A stretch of DNA of 64,000 nucleotides, from positions 1-64,000 of the forward strand of contig NIVC01000003.1 of NCBI GenBank assembly GCA_002269645.1, in the 5' to 3' direction. Under the pieces are notes generated by a model. It saw nothing but the letters and a program-made list of their open reading frames with translations, made no database searches and had not been told where the DNA came from. This DNA is from Macrostomum lignano. Its lineage: Eukaryota. Positions 47,443-60,167 of the stretch are shown piece after piece (the first letter of the stretch is position 1; each line of letters begins with the position of its first letter). Position numbers and translations under genes: made by a program.

Positions 47443-48889
47443 GGCTCGCTTAGGTGCTTAGAGTTCTGCTCTTTGTGCGGATCGACAACACAGGCAGAGT
47501 TGAGTTTGCTCGGCTTGCTTGCTGCAAAACTCCTCGAGTCCTGGCCTAACCCGCCGTATCTGTACCGATTTATCTCTGGCTGCGGCTCGAGGAGGGCACG
47601 GAAAGGTGGCTCCGCGGCTCTGTGGGCTGGGGGCTCCAGTTGGAGGACGGATTGGATGGGGAGGCCCCGCTGATAAGATAAACAGCCAAGCTTAGGCCGC
47701 ACGCCAAGGCTCTTAATAAGTTAATGGTGACCCGCCCTCCCCGTGCCCCGCTGCCTCCCCTGGCCTGCGTCACCCCAGCGCAAGCTGCACCGAGCAAGTC
47801 CAAGTTTTATGGCGACACCGTGCCAGCATTTTCCGCATAATCTGAGAGCCCCCCTCCTCTGTTTATTGTGTTTACAGGCAGTGAGAGTTGCTTTATCGAC
47901 TGACTGTAGCAATTTCGATTTCTCGCTACAGTTTCGGATCGACCTGGCAGCGCCCGCCCGATCTGACCACGTGCGCACTCCGGGGCACTCGGAGCCTCAC
48001 ATGACAGCTTGGCTCTCCCACCCACCGTTGCTAATGGCAACCATTGAAAAAAAGTGGCCCACCAACCCCAACAGGCCGTGAGATTTTATTGCTAAGTCGA
48101 AATTTTACCTGCAGAGCATTAATGTTGCGTAATTAAATACGAACTGGCAAAAACTTATCAGCTGCTTGCTGCTGTTGTTGCTGCCCAACAGTTGTTGTTC
48201 GACACATGTCAGTCAACGGAGTGGAGTGCGTAGATAGTGAGAGAAAAAAGGGGGGGAGGTCACGACGTATTGAGTTAGTAAAATTAATTGAACGAATATT
48301 TGCCTTTTATGTATGAACTTAGATTTGGTTGAATGAGCGATGTACATACATGAACCTGTTCTATCTTGTCCCGGAGGCTTTTAACCAGTCAGTATAATTA
48401 TTGTATTAAAAAAAGTGCTCTCTCCGAAGTCGGGAGCATAAAAGTCGGGTCCACGAGAATTCCCCGCAGACGAATTACCCGCCAAGCTTTCCCCGCCGAG
48501 GTTTGCCCGCAGTGCCTTCTTCCTGCATCGCATTTCTGCCACGCAAATTTTGTCTGCATTGCCTCCCAATGCTTGGTGAGTCAATAAAGAGATTTACTCG
48601 ATCAAATGTTTCGATAGTAACTGCATAGCAAATGCTTATTTTTCTTGTAGGTTTTCATTGCTATATTCATGTAGGAGTACATCGGTGAGCTACTAATTCA
48701 TGCATATGCCAGGCTGCTTTGTCCTAGAAATCTCTTTATTAAGATGTGCCAAGCATTGCAAAATCTGCCACATGGCTGGATTCGCTGCAGCAAAAAAGCA
48801 ATGCAGGACGAACCTCGGCGGGCAAAAGCTCAGCAGGAAATTTTCAAGCTTCCATAAAAGTTGATATTTGCAAGTGCGATTGAGAATCA

Positions 48890-49675
48890 ATGGGGAGAAT
48901 CAATGGGGAGAATCAATGGGGAGAATCAATGGGGAGAATCAATGAGGAGAATCAATGGGGAGAATCAATGGGAAGAATCAATGAGGAGAATCAATGGGGA
49001 GAATCAATGAGGAGAATCAATGGAGAGAATCAATGAGGAGAATCAATGGAGAGAATCAATGAGGAGAATCAATGGGGAGAATCAATGAGGAGAATCAATG
49101 GAGAGAATCAATGAGGAGAATCAATGGGGAGAGTCAATGGAGAATCAATGGGGATAATCAATGGGGAGAATCAATGGGGAGAATCAATGGGGAGAATCAA
49201 TGGGGAGAATCAATGGGGAGAATCAATGGGGAGAATCAATGGGGAGAATCAATGGGGAGAATCAATGAGGAGAATCAATGGAGAGAATCAATGAGGAGAA
49301 TCAATGGAGAGAATTAATGGGGAGAATCAATGGGGAGAATCAATGGGGAGAATCAATGGGGAGAATCAATGAGGAGAATCAATGGAGAGAATCAATGGGG
49401 AGAATCAATGGGGAGAATCAATGGGGAGAATCAATGGGGAGAATCAATGGAGAGAATCAATGGGGAGAATCAATGGGGAGAATCAATGGGGAGAATCAAT
49501 GGGGAGAAGCAATGGGGAGAATCAATGGGGAGAATCAATGGGGAGAATCAATGGGGAGAATCAATGGGGATAATCAATGGGGAGAATCAATGGGGAGAAT
49601 CAATGGGGAGAATCAATGGGGAGAATCAATGGGGAGAATCAATGGGGAGAATCAATGGGGAGAATCAATGGGTGA
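48890..49675. repeat. 13-bp minisatellite (gagaatcaatggg)n
   Basis: Visible. Confidence 0.97.
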
Positions 49676-50149
49676 AATAACACGACGCATCAAGCTAGAC
49701 CGAAGATGGATGAAAAGGAAGGACCAGCGGGATGGCTCGGAGAAGATGGTTGTCAACCGGGATTGTCAGTCCCCAGTTTTTTTATCCTTTTCTTCTGCCT
49801 TAACTTGTTTCCTTAGTTTGATTTTGTTTTATTTTGGACTTGTTCAATAGCGAAGGTGACAAAGTTTGCAATGGAGTGGTTGGGGATGAGAAAGTGTGCT
49901 GAAAACTCCGATCCCCTGTTAATGTTTCATTCTTTCTCTCATTGTCCTTCTTGTTATCCCTACATAGAGGATTTCCCCAGATTGGTACCACAGGAGTGTC
50001 GCAGATGATGCTCCTGTACCTCATTTTTAAGAAGTTTCTAAGAAATATCCTAGAGTACCCTAGTAGCTTGAGTTCCGATTTTAACGAATTGAAAGCATCG
50101 TTGAAAGACTTGCAGTCGTCACAGACTCGAGCTTGGGATTTTACTACCC

Positions 50150-50560
50150 CCCCTTGAAGTTGTGTGACGGATGGAAGGACTGTCGGTGCAAGAAAGACAG
50201 TTGTGGCGTGAAACGATTGTGAGCTTTCTTGATGGTCATGTCAAGGAAGCTGACCTCAATCAATGAGATGCTGACGGAGAGATTAATGTTATAGGGTTGA
50301 TGGAAGTCAGGTGACGAACAAATTCTGTCAGAGTATCAGCCGGGTGGTCCCAGTGAATAAAGCTATCATCTATGTACCTGAAGTAGATGTCCGGCTTATA
50401 AAGGGAAGTTCTCAGGGCAGTTTCCTCCCAGAGACCCATAAAGAGACAGGCATAGCTGGGTGCAAATATGCTCAAGTATGCAATTCTCCCCAGAGAGAAG
50501 ATAAAGAGAACTGCTTCCTTGATATGAATTTTCTGCTATATAAATCGAGACAGACCCCCC
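50150..50560 (-). mobile_element. Degraded Penelope-like retroelement RT fragment
   Basis: APSYACLFMG..., YFRYIDDSFIHW, FVRHLTSINP, followed by an ISFLDM-like segment in another frame. Confidence 0.75.
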
Positions 50561-50834
50561 TGATCCCCTGATCATCTCCGCAGTCTCGGGTTGCAGTGGC
50601 TGGTCCAGCTGTTGGTGGGCATCAGTATCAAGCAGTCAGTTGGTTGTAAGCCGAAAATTTATGAGTGCATGATGATTACTGCGTTTCCTTTGTCCTGAGG
50701 CGCTCTGGTCTACAGTGATCTGCTAGCCTGAAAGTTCTCAGTCAGGATGTCAGCGCAGGAATAAACTCAAGCGCTGAGAAGGATACAATTGGTTTAAGAG
50801 GGTTTTATCGTTGTTTTAGAGGGTCGAATTCATT

Positions 50835-51445
50835 GCGCGCCGCCGGTCCCGCAGTGAAGCAAGCCCCAGTACAGTTGGTTTGCCGCCGGTCCCGCAGTGA
50901 AGCAAGCCCCAGTACAGTTGGTTTGCCGCCGGTCCCGCAGTGAAGCAAGCCCCAGTACAGTTGCTTTGCCGCCGGTCCCGCAGTGAAGCAAGCCCCAGTA
51001 CAGTTGCTTTGCCGCCGGTCCCGCAGTGAAGCAAGCCCCAGTACAGTTGGTTTGCCGCCGGTCCCGCAGTGAAGCAAGCCCCAGTACAGTTGCTTTGCCG
51101 CCGGTCCCGCAGTGAAGCAAGCCCCAGTACAGTTGCTTTGCCGCCGGTCCCGCAGTGAAGCAAGCCCCAGTACAGTTGGTTTGCCGCCGGTCCCGCAGTG
51201 AAGCAAGCCCCAGTACAGTTGGTTTGCCGCCGGTCCCGCAGTGAAGCAAGCCCCAGTACTGTTGGTTTGCCGCCGGTTCCGCAGTGAAGCAAGCCCCAGT
51301 ACAGTTGGTTTGCCGCCGGTCCCGCAGTGAAGCAAGCCCCAGTACTGTTGGTTTGCCGCCGGTTCCGCAGTGAAGCAAGCCCCAGTACTGTTGCTTTGCC
51401 GCCGGTCCCGCAGTGAAGCAAGCCCCAGTACTGTTGATTTGCCGA
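50835..51445. repeat. 43-bp minisatellite (gccgccggtcccgcagtgaagcaagccccagtacagttggttt)n
   Basis: Visible. Confidence 0.95.
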
Positions 51446-51989
51446 GAGTTTGAGGCCACTGACAAGCTTTGGACAGAGGACCAGGTTTCAGAGCCACTGC
51501 TGAAAATGAGCGGAGCGGGTTGCTCAACCGGATGCTGGGTGAGCCATCCAGAAGCGGCCTGTTGCGTTCAGGACCACCAGAGGCGTCCTCCGAGTCCGGG
51601 GAGAGCAGGCGGCGTTTAGTGAAGTGAAGCCGCCAGCCGCCAGAAGAAACAGATTGACGGCTGAAATAACACTGCCGCACGGTTTTTAGCGAAAAGATTC
51701 AGTGCAAACAGTGCGAATAAAGTGTAAATATGAGCCAAGAAGCAGTTTAGTTGAGTCACCCGGGCTGGCTGCAATGCTCCCGGCTCATGCTTGCAATGAG
51801 TCCGACTACATAAGGCTTCCCAGGAAGCTGGCGGGCTGCAAGCGTGTCTTCAAGCCTCCCCCGGAGTTGCTAGCAGGTGGGGGCTGAAGCGTCTTGGAGC
51901 AGCTTAGCCCAGGCTGGGGAGTTCAAAAACTTCCGTCTCTGCCTCCTCTTTGGCTCATTTGCGTTTCCTTGGCTCTGTATGCGGATGAA

Positions 51990-52711
<722 letters not shown>

Positions 52712-53021
52712 GGCAAAGGCTAATAAATATTGTAATTTTTCTCAGGCTTAACCGGGTAAGACTGGCAGCAGTCGCTGAATCCTGTTGGACAGCTGCCGCT
52801 AGAATGGATCCAGTTGCGAGGCTCATTAAAAATATTTATTAAAAACACTTCTACTTTCAAAGTAAAATAGCAAACAGGTTACGTTCGCGGTTCTGAGTCA
52901 GCAAATAAATACGAGCGTAGAACTGCCACCAGTCTGCAGTCTTGAGTACAGGAAAATATAATGAATTGCAAAAGTTACAGAAATAGCATTAGAGAGGCGG
53001 CCTTGGCGGTGCCGACGCGCC

Positions 53022-56000
53022 TCAGAGCTCGCAGACGAGGCTGCCCTCGGCATCGTCCTCCACCGAGTCCTCAATAAATGCTCGATTCGTCGCGCCCTCC
53101 TCGATGACCACGGCGATCGCCGTATCGTCGCAGAATGACAGCACCTTCTTCTTGACGTTGGCGGACCCGTTGGTGCCGGCGCTGCGGCTGAGGATCGACT
53201 TCCGCGCCGCGGTGCCGTTGCTGCGCTGCGCCGGTCCCAGCGCCGACATCTCCAGAGACTCGCTGGACATAAAGATGCGAAACGGCGCCGCCTCGGAGCC
53301 GCTGCCGGTCAGCCGCGCTTTCTGCAGGCTGCGCGGCAGCAGCTTCTGCGCCTCCGTGGCGGCCGGCCGCGTTGATGGCAGCGGCGGCGTCGGCGGCCGG
53401 ACCTCGTCGACGACTGTGACAGTGACGCGATCTGGCGAGGCCGCCGCCGCCGCCGCCGCCGATTCGTCGGAGTCTCTGGCAGCGGCGTGCAGGCGATAGC
53501 GGCGGCTGCCCAGGGCGGGGGCGGGCGGCGGCGAGCGGGCCGTGCCGCGGAGGCGCTGCGCCCCCCAGGACGGGTTCGCCTCCTCGTCGGAGCCCGCGTC
53601 CGCATCCGCGTCGGCATCCGCTTCGACGTCAGACGGGATCAGCGCGTCCCCAGCCTCCAGGAGCATGGAATCCTCAGCCTCATCGCTGACGCTCGAGATG
53701 CAGTAGGTGGTGACGAATTTGCCGTCCTGTGGGTGGGGAGGGGGGCAGCTCGGTGAGCCTGCGGTGTCCCCACTGTGACGTCACGCCATTTGCCACCTGT
53801 TTTATAATTCTTGTTGTCTGTCTTCTCATCTAATCTTTTCTTAATTGATGACGATTGCGAATCCGACTTGTTCTCGCGAATTTCACGTTTCTGGAATTCT
53901 CCTCGCTAAGCCCAGCTCCTCCACCACGCCATTGTTCGGATAAAAGTCCTCTCCCCCCCCCTCTCTCTCTCTCTCCCTCTCTCCCTGCGCACTGCCATGC
54001 GCATTTTTTTCATAATGGAGTGGGCGCCCCACTAGGGACTGAATTTTATGGTCCGGAGTCTGGCCAGCCATGCCAACCCCAGCCTGTGCTGCATCTGTCG
54101 GAGCCAAAATTACCCCAAATTAATTTGCAGGTCTAATTAAATATCTCTGAGACTCGCTGACGTGAAATTCGATTACAGCCGGCCGCCCCACCCGCCATTC
54201 TGCTCCGGCAATCGATCAGGAGCTGCGGCCGGGGCCTGCCGGACTCAAATATTGACACCGCAGCGCCCGCCACCAACTCAAGTGAGGGCTGGGGACGGGC
54301 TGCGTGCAGTGAAACAAAAGGCGAGCCCGCCTGGGAGCATTGAGGGATTCTGAAACCGATAGATGCTTATTTGAAGGATAAGGTAGCCCTCTAATCATAG
54401 TCTTACTGGAAGCATTGCCCAGAAATTTTCGACAATATTAAAGCTGACCATCTTTCCCTAAATAGGATTTTACCCAAGTAAAGTAGGGAAATTACCAGCC
54501 TACTCACAGGTGCAACTCTGAGCTGGCCTCACCTGCCCAACTGTCAATTGTGCATTCTGCAAGCCTAATTAATCACTGGGTAGAACAATTCTGCTCTTTG
54601 GAAGTTGAGCATTTTGCTCTGAAGACAGTTCCGTCATTATCCTGATTGATGGGGGGGAGCTGGCTTTGAAGTGGACTCGGTAGAGCTATTAATAAAAACT
54701 CAGGCGGATGCCTGCTGCTTCAAGCCACATTAGAAACATAGCAGGTGCCAGCACTGGCCACTGAACACTGCCACCAATGCCTCAGCGACCTCGAATTTTT
54801 TGCACTCACCGAAGCCGGGCAGAGTCGCTTCTCAAAGTGTAACTTTTGCTGCTCCTTTTTCTTTTTCTTTTTCTTCCTGCCGCTGCTTTTTTCGCCGGCT
54901 GCCTCCAAGCCCGGCGGTGGCGAGGTGCCCGAAGCTGCCGCCGCCGCTGTTGCCGCCGCCGTTGCTGCCGCATTTGCAGCCGCCGCAGCGGTTGCCGCCG
55001 CTGCCGCCGCCACCTTCGCCGCTGCGGTGGCGGACTTTGGCTCCGGCTGTGGAATCGGGGGCGGAGTTTCTGCCTGATCCGCCGCGGCACTCTCGGCGGC
55101 CTCCCCGTCGGCTCCGTTGCCCATTTCCTGCGCCGCCCCCTCAGCTGCCTCCATCGCCGCCTCCAACTTCGCGGCCTCGTCGGTTGGCTGCTCTGGCTCT
55201 GATGGCGCTACAGTCTCCGGCTCTTCGTTCGCATCAGTTTCGCCCGCGAGTGCCCGTCGCACCGTCTCGGACGCGTGCACCTGGTGCTTCTCGGCGCTCA
55301 GCGCCAGCTGCAGGGCCACATGGAGCGCGCCGCCGCCAGCGAAGAGCGCCGGGACGCCGGAAGTGATGACGCCGATGGACACTGGGCCGCAGTGCAGCCC
55401 TGCGCAGGCGGCCATCGGCGGTGACGCTACACCGCCGCCATTGCCGCAGTCGGCGTCGTCATTGACATGGACTCCGCCGCATCGCACTAGGCGGATTAGG
55501 TGCTCAGCCAGGCGCAGCAGGTCGCGGACGCTGCGTCGAGAGGACTTTCGCCGCAGGCCGCATAGGAACAGGAAGAGGTCGCCGAACGCGTGGCGCATGT
55601 GGACGTCCTTGTAGCTGGCGGCGATGCTGTTGAATACGTGGTAGTGGGCGTTGGAGACGGCGTTCACCTCAAAGGGCCGGTTGACGTCGCTGAGGCAGAC
55701 CAGGCCATCCAGGCGCACGAAGAGCACCCCAGCCAGCCGCTTGTACTCTGGCTGGAACGGCTGGTCGTTGAGCAATCGGCTGGCGTAGAACTCGGGCAGG
55801 TTGGAGCGGATCATGGCCTGGTAGGAGTCTCGCTGCTCCTCCATGGCCGAGTTTAATGCCAGCATCTCATTCTCCAGCAGCAGGTGCTCGGACTCCAGGC
55901 TGTCAAACATGCTCTGCATCATGTTCTTGCGCCTGGGGAAGCACTTCTTGACCAGCTTGGTGAGGTTCTCGGCGCTGGGCCGGACCCTGGGATCGTCGCT

Positions 56001-59000
56001 CCAGGAGGTTTCCAGCACCTGGCGGAAGGTGATGGGGATGTCCTGAAGCTGGTCAGGCCGCAGCGAGTTCTTCACAATGGCCGTGAGCAGGTCCCGGGCG
56101 TTGCTCAGGTCCTCCCTGTAGCTGGCGAAGGGAATGCTCCGGGTGAAGATCTCGTAGAAGATCACAGCGCAGGAGTAAATGTCGGAGCTCTGGTCCGGCG
56201 GCCACTGCAGCTCGGAGCGGAGGATCTCGGGTGCAACGTAGATGTCGAAGTCCAGGACCTGCTGCTCGCTGGATACTCGCCCAGTATGGCGTCGCGGACG
56301 TACTGGATGGCCGGCCGGGCGTCTTTGACGGCCCGGGTGGTGGTTGAATAGTACATGAGGTACTCCCAGTCCGCTAGCTTCACCGTCCACTTGCTGTCCA
56401 TGAGGCAGGCGCTGGTCCGCAGCATGCCGTGCACGATGCCCTGGCTGTGCAGGTAGCTGACAGCCTGGCAGATGTCCATCACTATGGAGCCTTTGACCGC
56501 GGGCGCCAGGTCCAGCTTGGGGTTGTGCACAACCTTGCTGAGCGGGCCGCGCTCGCAGTACTCTGACACAACAAAGAAGTCCCGCTCGACCTGGGTCAGG
56601 CCGTGGAACGCTGCCACGTTGTTGTGGTGGACGCGGTCCATCATCCACTGCAGCAGCTTCTTAGTGGAGATGTCGAGCCTCTCTTGCGATCGCTGCGTCT
56701 GCAGCAGTCGCACGCCGACGCTGGCCTCCCGGAACTTGCCCGGCCACTGCAGCACCGTGTCCGCGTCGTAATCCTCCTCGCTCTCCGCTTCATCCTCCGT
56801 CATCTGCGTGCCGACGGAGATCGTGTCGGAATCGTCCATGCGGAAGCTGCGCATTGATCGGTTGCGGCCGCGGCTGCGCGGAGCGAAGAACATGATCTCC
56901 TCGATCGGCACCAGCCACAGGTCCTGCGCGGGCCAAGTTTTGAGGAGGGGGAGAGTTGCTGTCTGGCACCTGCGCGACTTTTTGATGCAGAAGTAAGTAT
57001 CAACTGCCTTTGTGGCGTGCCCCACGGCTCATATGTTATACAAACTACTTTCACTCTGCGTAAAGAGCCCAGCCCAAATCTCCTTGGTCTCTCCTGCTCC
57101 CTTGCTGTTGAGCTGTGAGTTGCTTTGCTGCCTGAAGGCTTGTCTAAAGACTGACGGATGAACTCTCAGTGCCAGTCAAGAAAACCTGGATGGAGACGCG
57201 GCACACGAGCAGGCACGAAAAATTCAAGGATCCGGAGGCTTTCTCTACAACCTGAGGAATAAGAATGTAAAAATACAGTGTGTTGCTGAAGCTTCAGAAT
57301 TGGCTCACCTGGTTGAGCAGCTTCCACTGCACGTAGCTCTGCCTGGCAATGTACGCCCCGAGGCCGCCGGCCACCAGCAGCCCGACGCCAACGGAGGCGA
57401 GCGTCGGCGCCATCCAGGACGAGTTCCGGCTCTCCGCTTCCGTCTGCTCGCGGCGCCGCTTCTCCAGCCAGAGCTCGCGCAGGAGCCGCCCACCGCAAGC
57501 GGCCTTGTCGAGCACCTGCGTCCGGACCTTCTGGCGGACAGCGTTGCTGAGCGGCACGAAATTGTTGGCGCGGATAATGCTGGCCGGCTCCGGGTCCGTG
57601 TAGAACCAGTTCAGGAAGCCATAGAACTCGGTGGCTTCATCGCACCTGGAGTTCGGGCGGAGTCTGGCTAGTGCTGAGTGCCCTATCTATTTAGTACCTT
57701 TCGGCCGTCTGAATTTTTGTTTTATAGCCCTCTAACATTAACCAGTCCTCTCTTGTCCACTCTACAGTCCCCTCTTGTCTACTCTACAGTCCTCTCTTGT
57801 CTACTCTACAGTCCACTCTATAGTTCTCTCTTGTCCACTCTACAGTCCTCTCTTGTCCACTCTACAGTCCACTCTACAGTCCTCTCTTGTCCACTCTACA
57901 GTCCACTCTACAGTCCTCTCTTGTCCACTCTACAGTCCACTCTACAGTCCTCTCTTGTCCACTCTACAGTCCACTCTACAGTCCTCTCTTGTCCACTCTA
58001 CAGTCCTCTCTTGTCCACTCTACAGTCCTTTCTTGTCCTCCCGACAGTCCTCTATTGTCCACTCTACAGTCCTTTCTTGTCCTCTCGACAGTCCTCTATT
58101 GTCCACTCTACAGTCCTTTCTTGTCCTCTCGACAGTCCTCTATTGTCCACTCTACAGTCCTCTCTTGTCCTCTCGACAGTCCTCTCTTGTCCACTCTACA
58201 GTCCTCTCTTGTCCAGTCTACAGTCCTCTCTTGTCCTCTCTACAGTCCTCTCTTGTCCTCAAGACAGTCCTCTCTTGTCCACTCTACAGTCCTCTCTTGT
58301 CCTCTCGACAGTCCTCTCTTGTCCTCTCGACAGTCCTCTCTTGTCCACTCTACAGTCCTCTCTTGTCCACTCGACAGTCCTCTCTTGTCCACTCTACAGT
58401 CCTTTCTTGTCCACTCTACAGTCCTCTCTTTGCCCCATCTACACGCATGTCGCTCTTGTGTCCTTTCTATATGCGAAACATGAAAAGCCTTGGCCTGCAA
58501 TCAATTTAAATAATTTGTGCATCTTTTATTGCTTTTAGCCTGGAAGCACAGCAATTATGAAAATTAAGCGTCGGGCTGTCCAATAAAACCAATCCACGAC
58601 ATTAGAATGAAAGAATCAGCAGAGACTGCTTTTCCATTGTTATCAGACCTCACTCGCACAAAGGGCTGCTGAGTGAGGTCTGTTTGGTTAGTCAGTTTTA
58701 AGGTTCAGTTTTAAGAGGTTATCGCCCCGTGCAAATGCTGCAGCCGTCGACAGCTACATAACCCCACAGTGGATATGCAACGATTGAGAGGGACTGGCCT
58801 TCATAAGCACACAGCATCATGTCCAATAAAGAGGCTTCAGTTCACATACGATCCCCATTGCGTCTGCTTATCCTCTGGGGCTGAATGAGACTTCTCAATG
58901 ATTCTACTCTCATTGCCGGTCCAGTAGTCCTTGTTCTACTCTCATTGCCGGTCCAGTAGTCCTTGTTCTACTCTCATTGCCGGTCCAGTAGTCCTTGTTC

Positions 59001-60167
59001 TACTCTCATTGCCGGTCCAGTAGTCCTTGTTCTACTCTCATTGCCGGTCCAGTAGTCCTTGTTCTACTCTCATTGCTGGTCCAGTAGTCCTTGTTCTACT
59101 CTCATTGCCGGTCCAGTAGTCCTTGTTCTACTCTCATTGCCGGTCCAGTAGTCCTTGTTCTACTCATTGACTGTACAATAGTCCTTATTCTACTCATTGC
59201 CTGTACAATCGTCCTTGTTCTACTCGTTACATGTACAATCGTCCTTATTCTACTCGTTACATGTACAATCGTCCTTATTCTACTCGTTACATGTACAATC
59301 GTCCTTATTCTACTCGTTACATGTACAATCGTCCTTATTCTACTCGTTACATGTACAATAGTCCTTGCTGTTATCTAGGAAACAGACTTCCTGCTAGTAT
59401 TTTCTAGGAAAAACCCCTGTAGCTGTGTGAACCCAGATCCTCTTTAAGCTTTGCTGCCTTTAGCTCTAATCGACAAACAAACTTAGGCTGCAGGAAACAA
59501 TCGTGTTTATATAAAACAAGAGAAACCGTCCCATAAGACTCACCTCGCAGTCATGTTCATCTTGATGATGAAGTAGGTGTAGGTGGCGATTGGGTAGGCG
59601 TCCGGGTTCTGGGCGTCAATGAGGTGTCCAGTTAGCCGGGAGTCCATTGTGTTAGCGTAGAAGTCCATGGCCGCCTGCACGGAGGCCGGTTGCGAGGCGT
59701 CCACGAAGCTTCCGTTGGCGTTCTCAATCAGCGCGAGGCTCACGAGGCTCTCATCGTTCAGTCTGAGATCCGAGGCCGATATGTAGGCGATGGAGTTTCG
59801 CAGGCTGCTGAGTAGGGCGGTGAGCCCATCGGTACCCTGGGCGAAGAACTCAACAACTGAATTGTTCCAGTCCGGGTGTCTCCAGGTGACTTTGTTGAGC
59901 TCGCGCTCGAACTCGCCGTACTTGGCCTTCCACTCGGCTGAGAAGGAGCTCAGAGCTTGGGTGAAGACTGCGGTGGAGCCCGACTTGTCCATGCGAGCCA
60001 TGGGCCGGATGGGGTTGTGGGGCAGACTCGAGTTCGGGTTCGCGTTAACAATGCCCGGGCTGTCCCAGTGCGAAGTTTTCCCCATGTAGATGTCGACCAG
60101 AGTCTGGCGGGTCAGGCGCAGCCGTGTTGCACCGAAGGACGGCGGGTGATAGGCCACCGCCACGGCG
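53022..60167 (-). CDS. Receptor guanylyl-cyclase-like protein with PstS-type phosphate-binding ectodomain, TM helix, kinase-homology domain, degenerate cyclase domain and long tail. 5' end not found. Exons: 60167-59544, 57663-57309, 56923-54810 (1-nt deletion near 56271), 53726-53022
   Basis: PstS-like LTRQTLVDIYMGKTSHWD..NPNSSLP..ARMDKSGST..AYPIATYTY..FLNWFY; TM APTLASVGVGLLVAGGLGAYIA; KHD HNNVAAFHG/EYCERGPL/HGMLRTSACLMDSKW/YVAPEIL/SDIYS; cyclase-like AFGD, GLHCGPV, HFEKR..|DGKFVTTY. All junctions are GT-AG and phase-compatible. Confidence 0.88.
57775..58430. repeat. ~22-bp minisatellite (cagtcctctcttgtccactcta)n
   Basis: Visible; intronic. Confidence 0.93.
58905..59370. repeat. 32-bp tandem repeat grading into a 30-bp variant
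   Basis: ttctactctcattgccggtccagtagtccttg changing to tactcgttacatgtacaatcgtccttattc. Confidence 0.9.

Noticed and set aside
49690-51630. Possible + strand two-exon peptide (MDEKEGPAGW... joined to ATAENERSGLL...)
   Set aside because: Weak splice sites, no recognisable motif, flanked by TE relic and repeats
53022-53200. PP1-docking (KSIL, KKVLSF) and PDZ-binding (VCEL) motifs in the receptor tail
   Set aside because: None matches the SILK, RVxF or class I PDZ consensus exactly
59540-60163. PstS ORF as bacterial contamination
   Set aside because: Bounded by spliceosomal sites, continues in phase into TM/kinase exons, and is surrounded by host-type repeats with no operon
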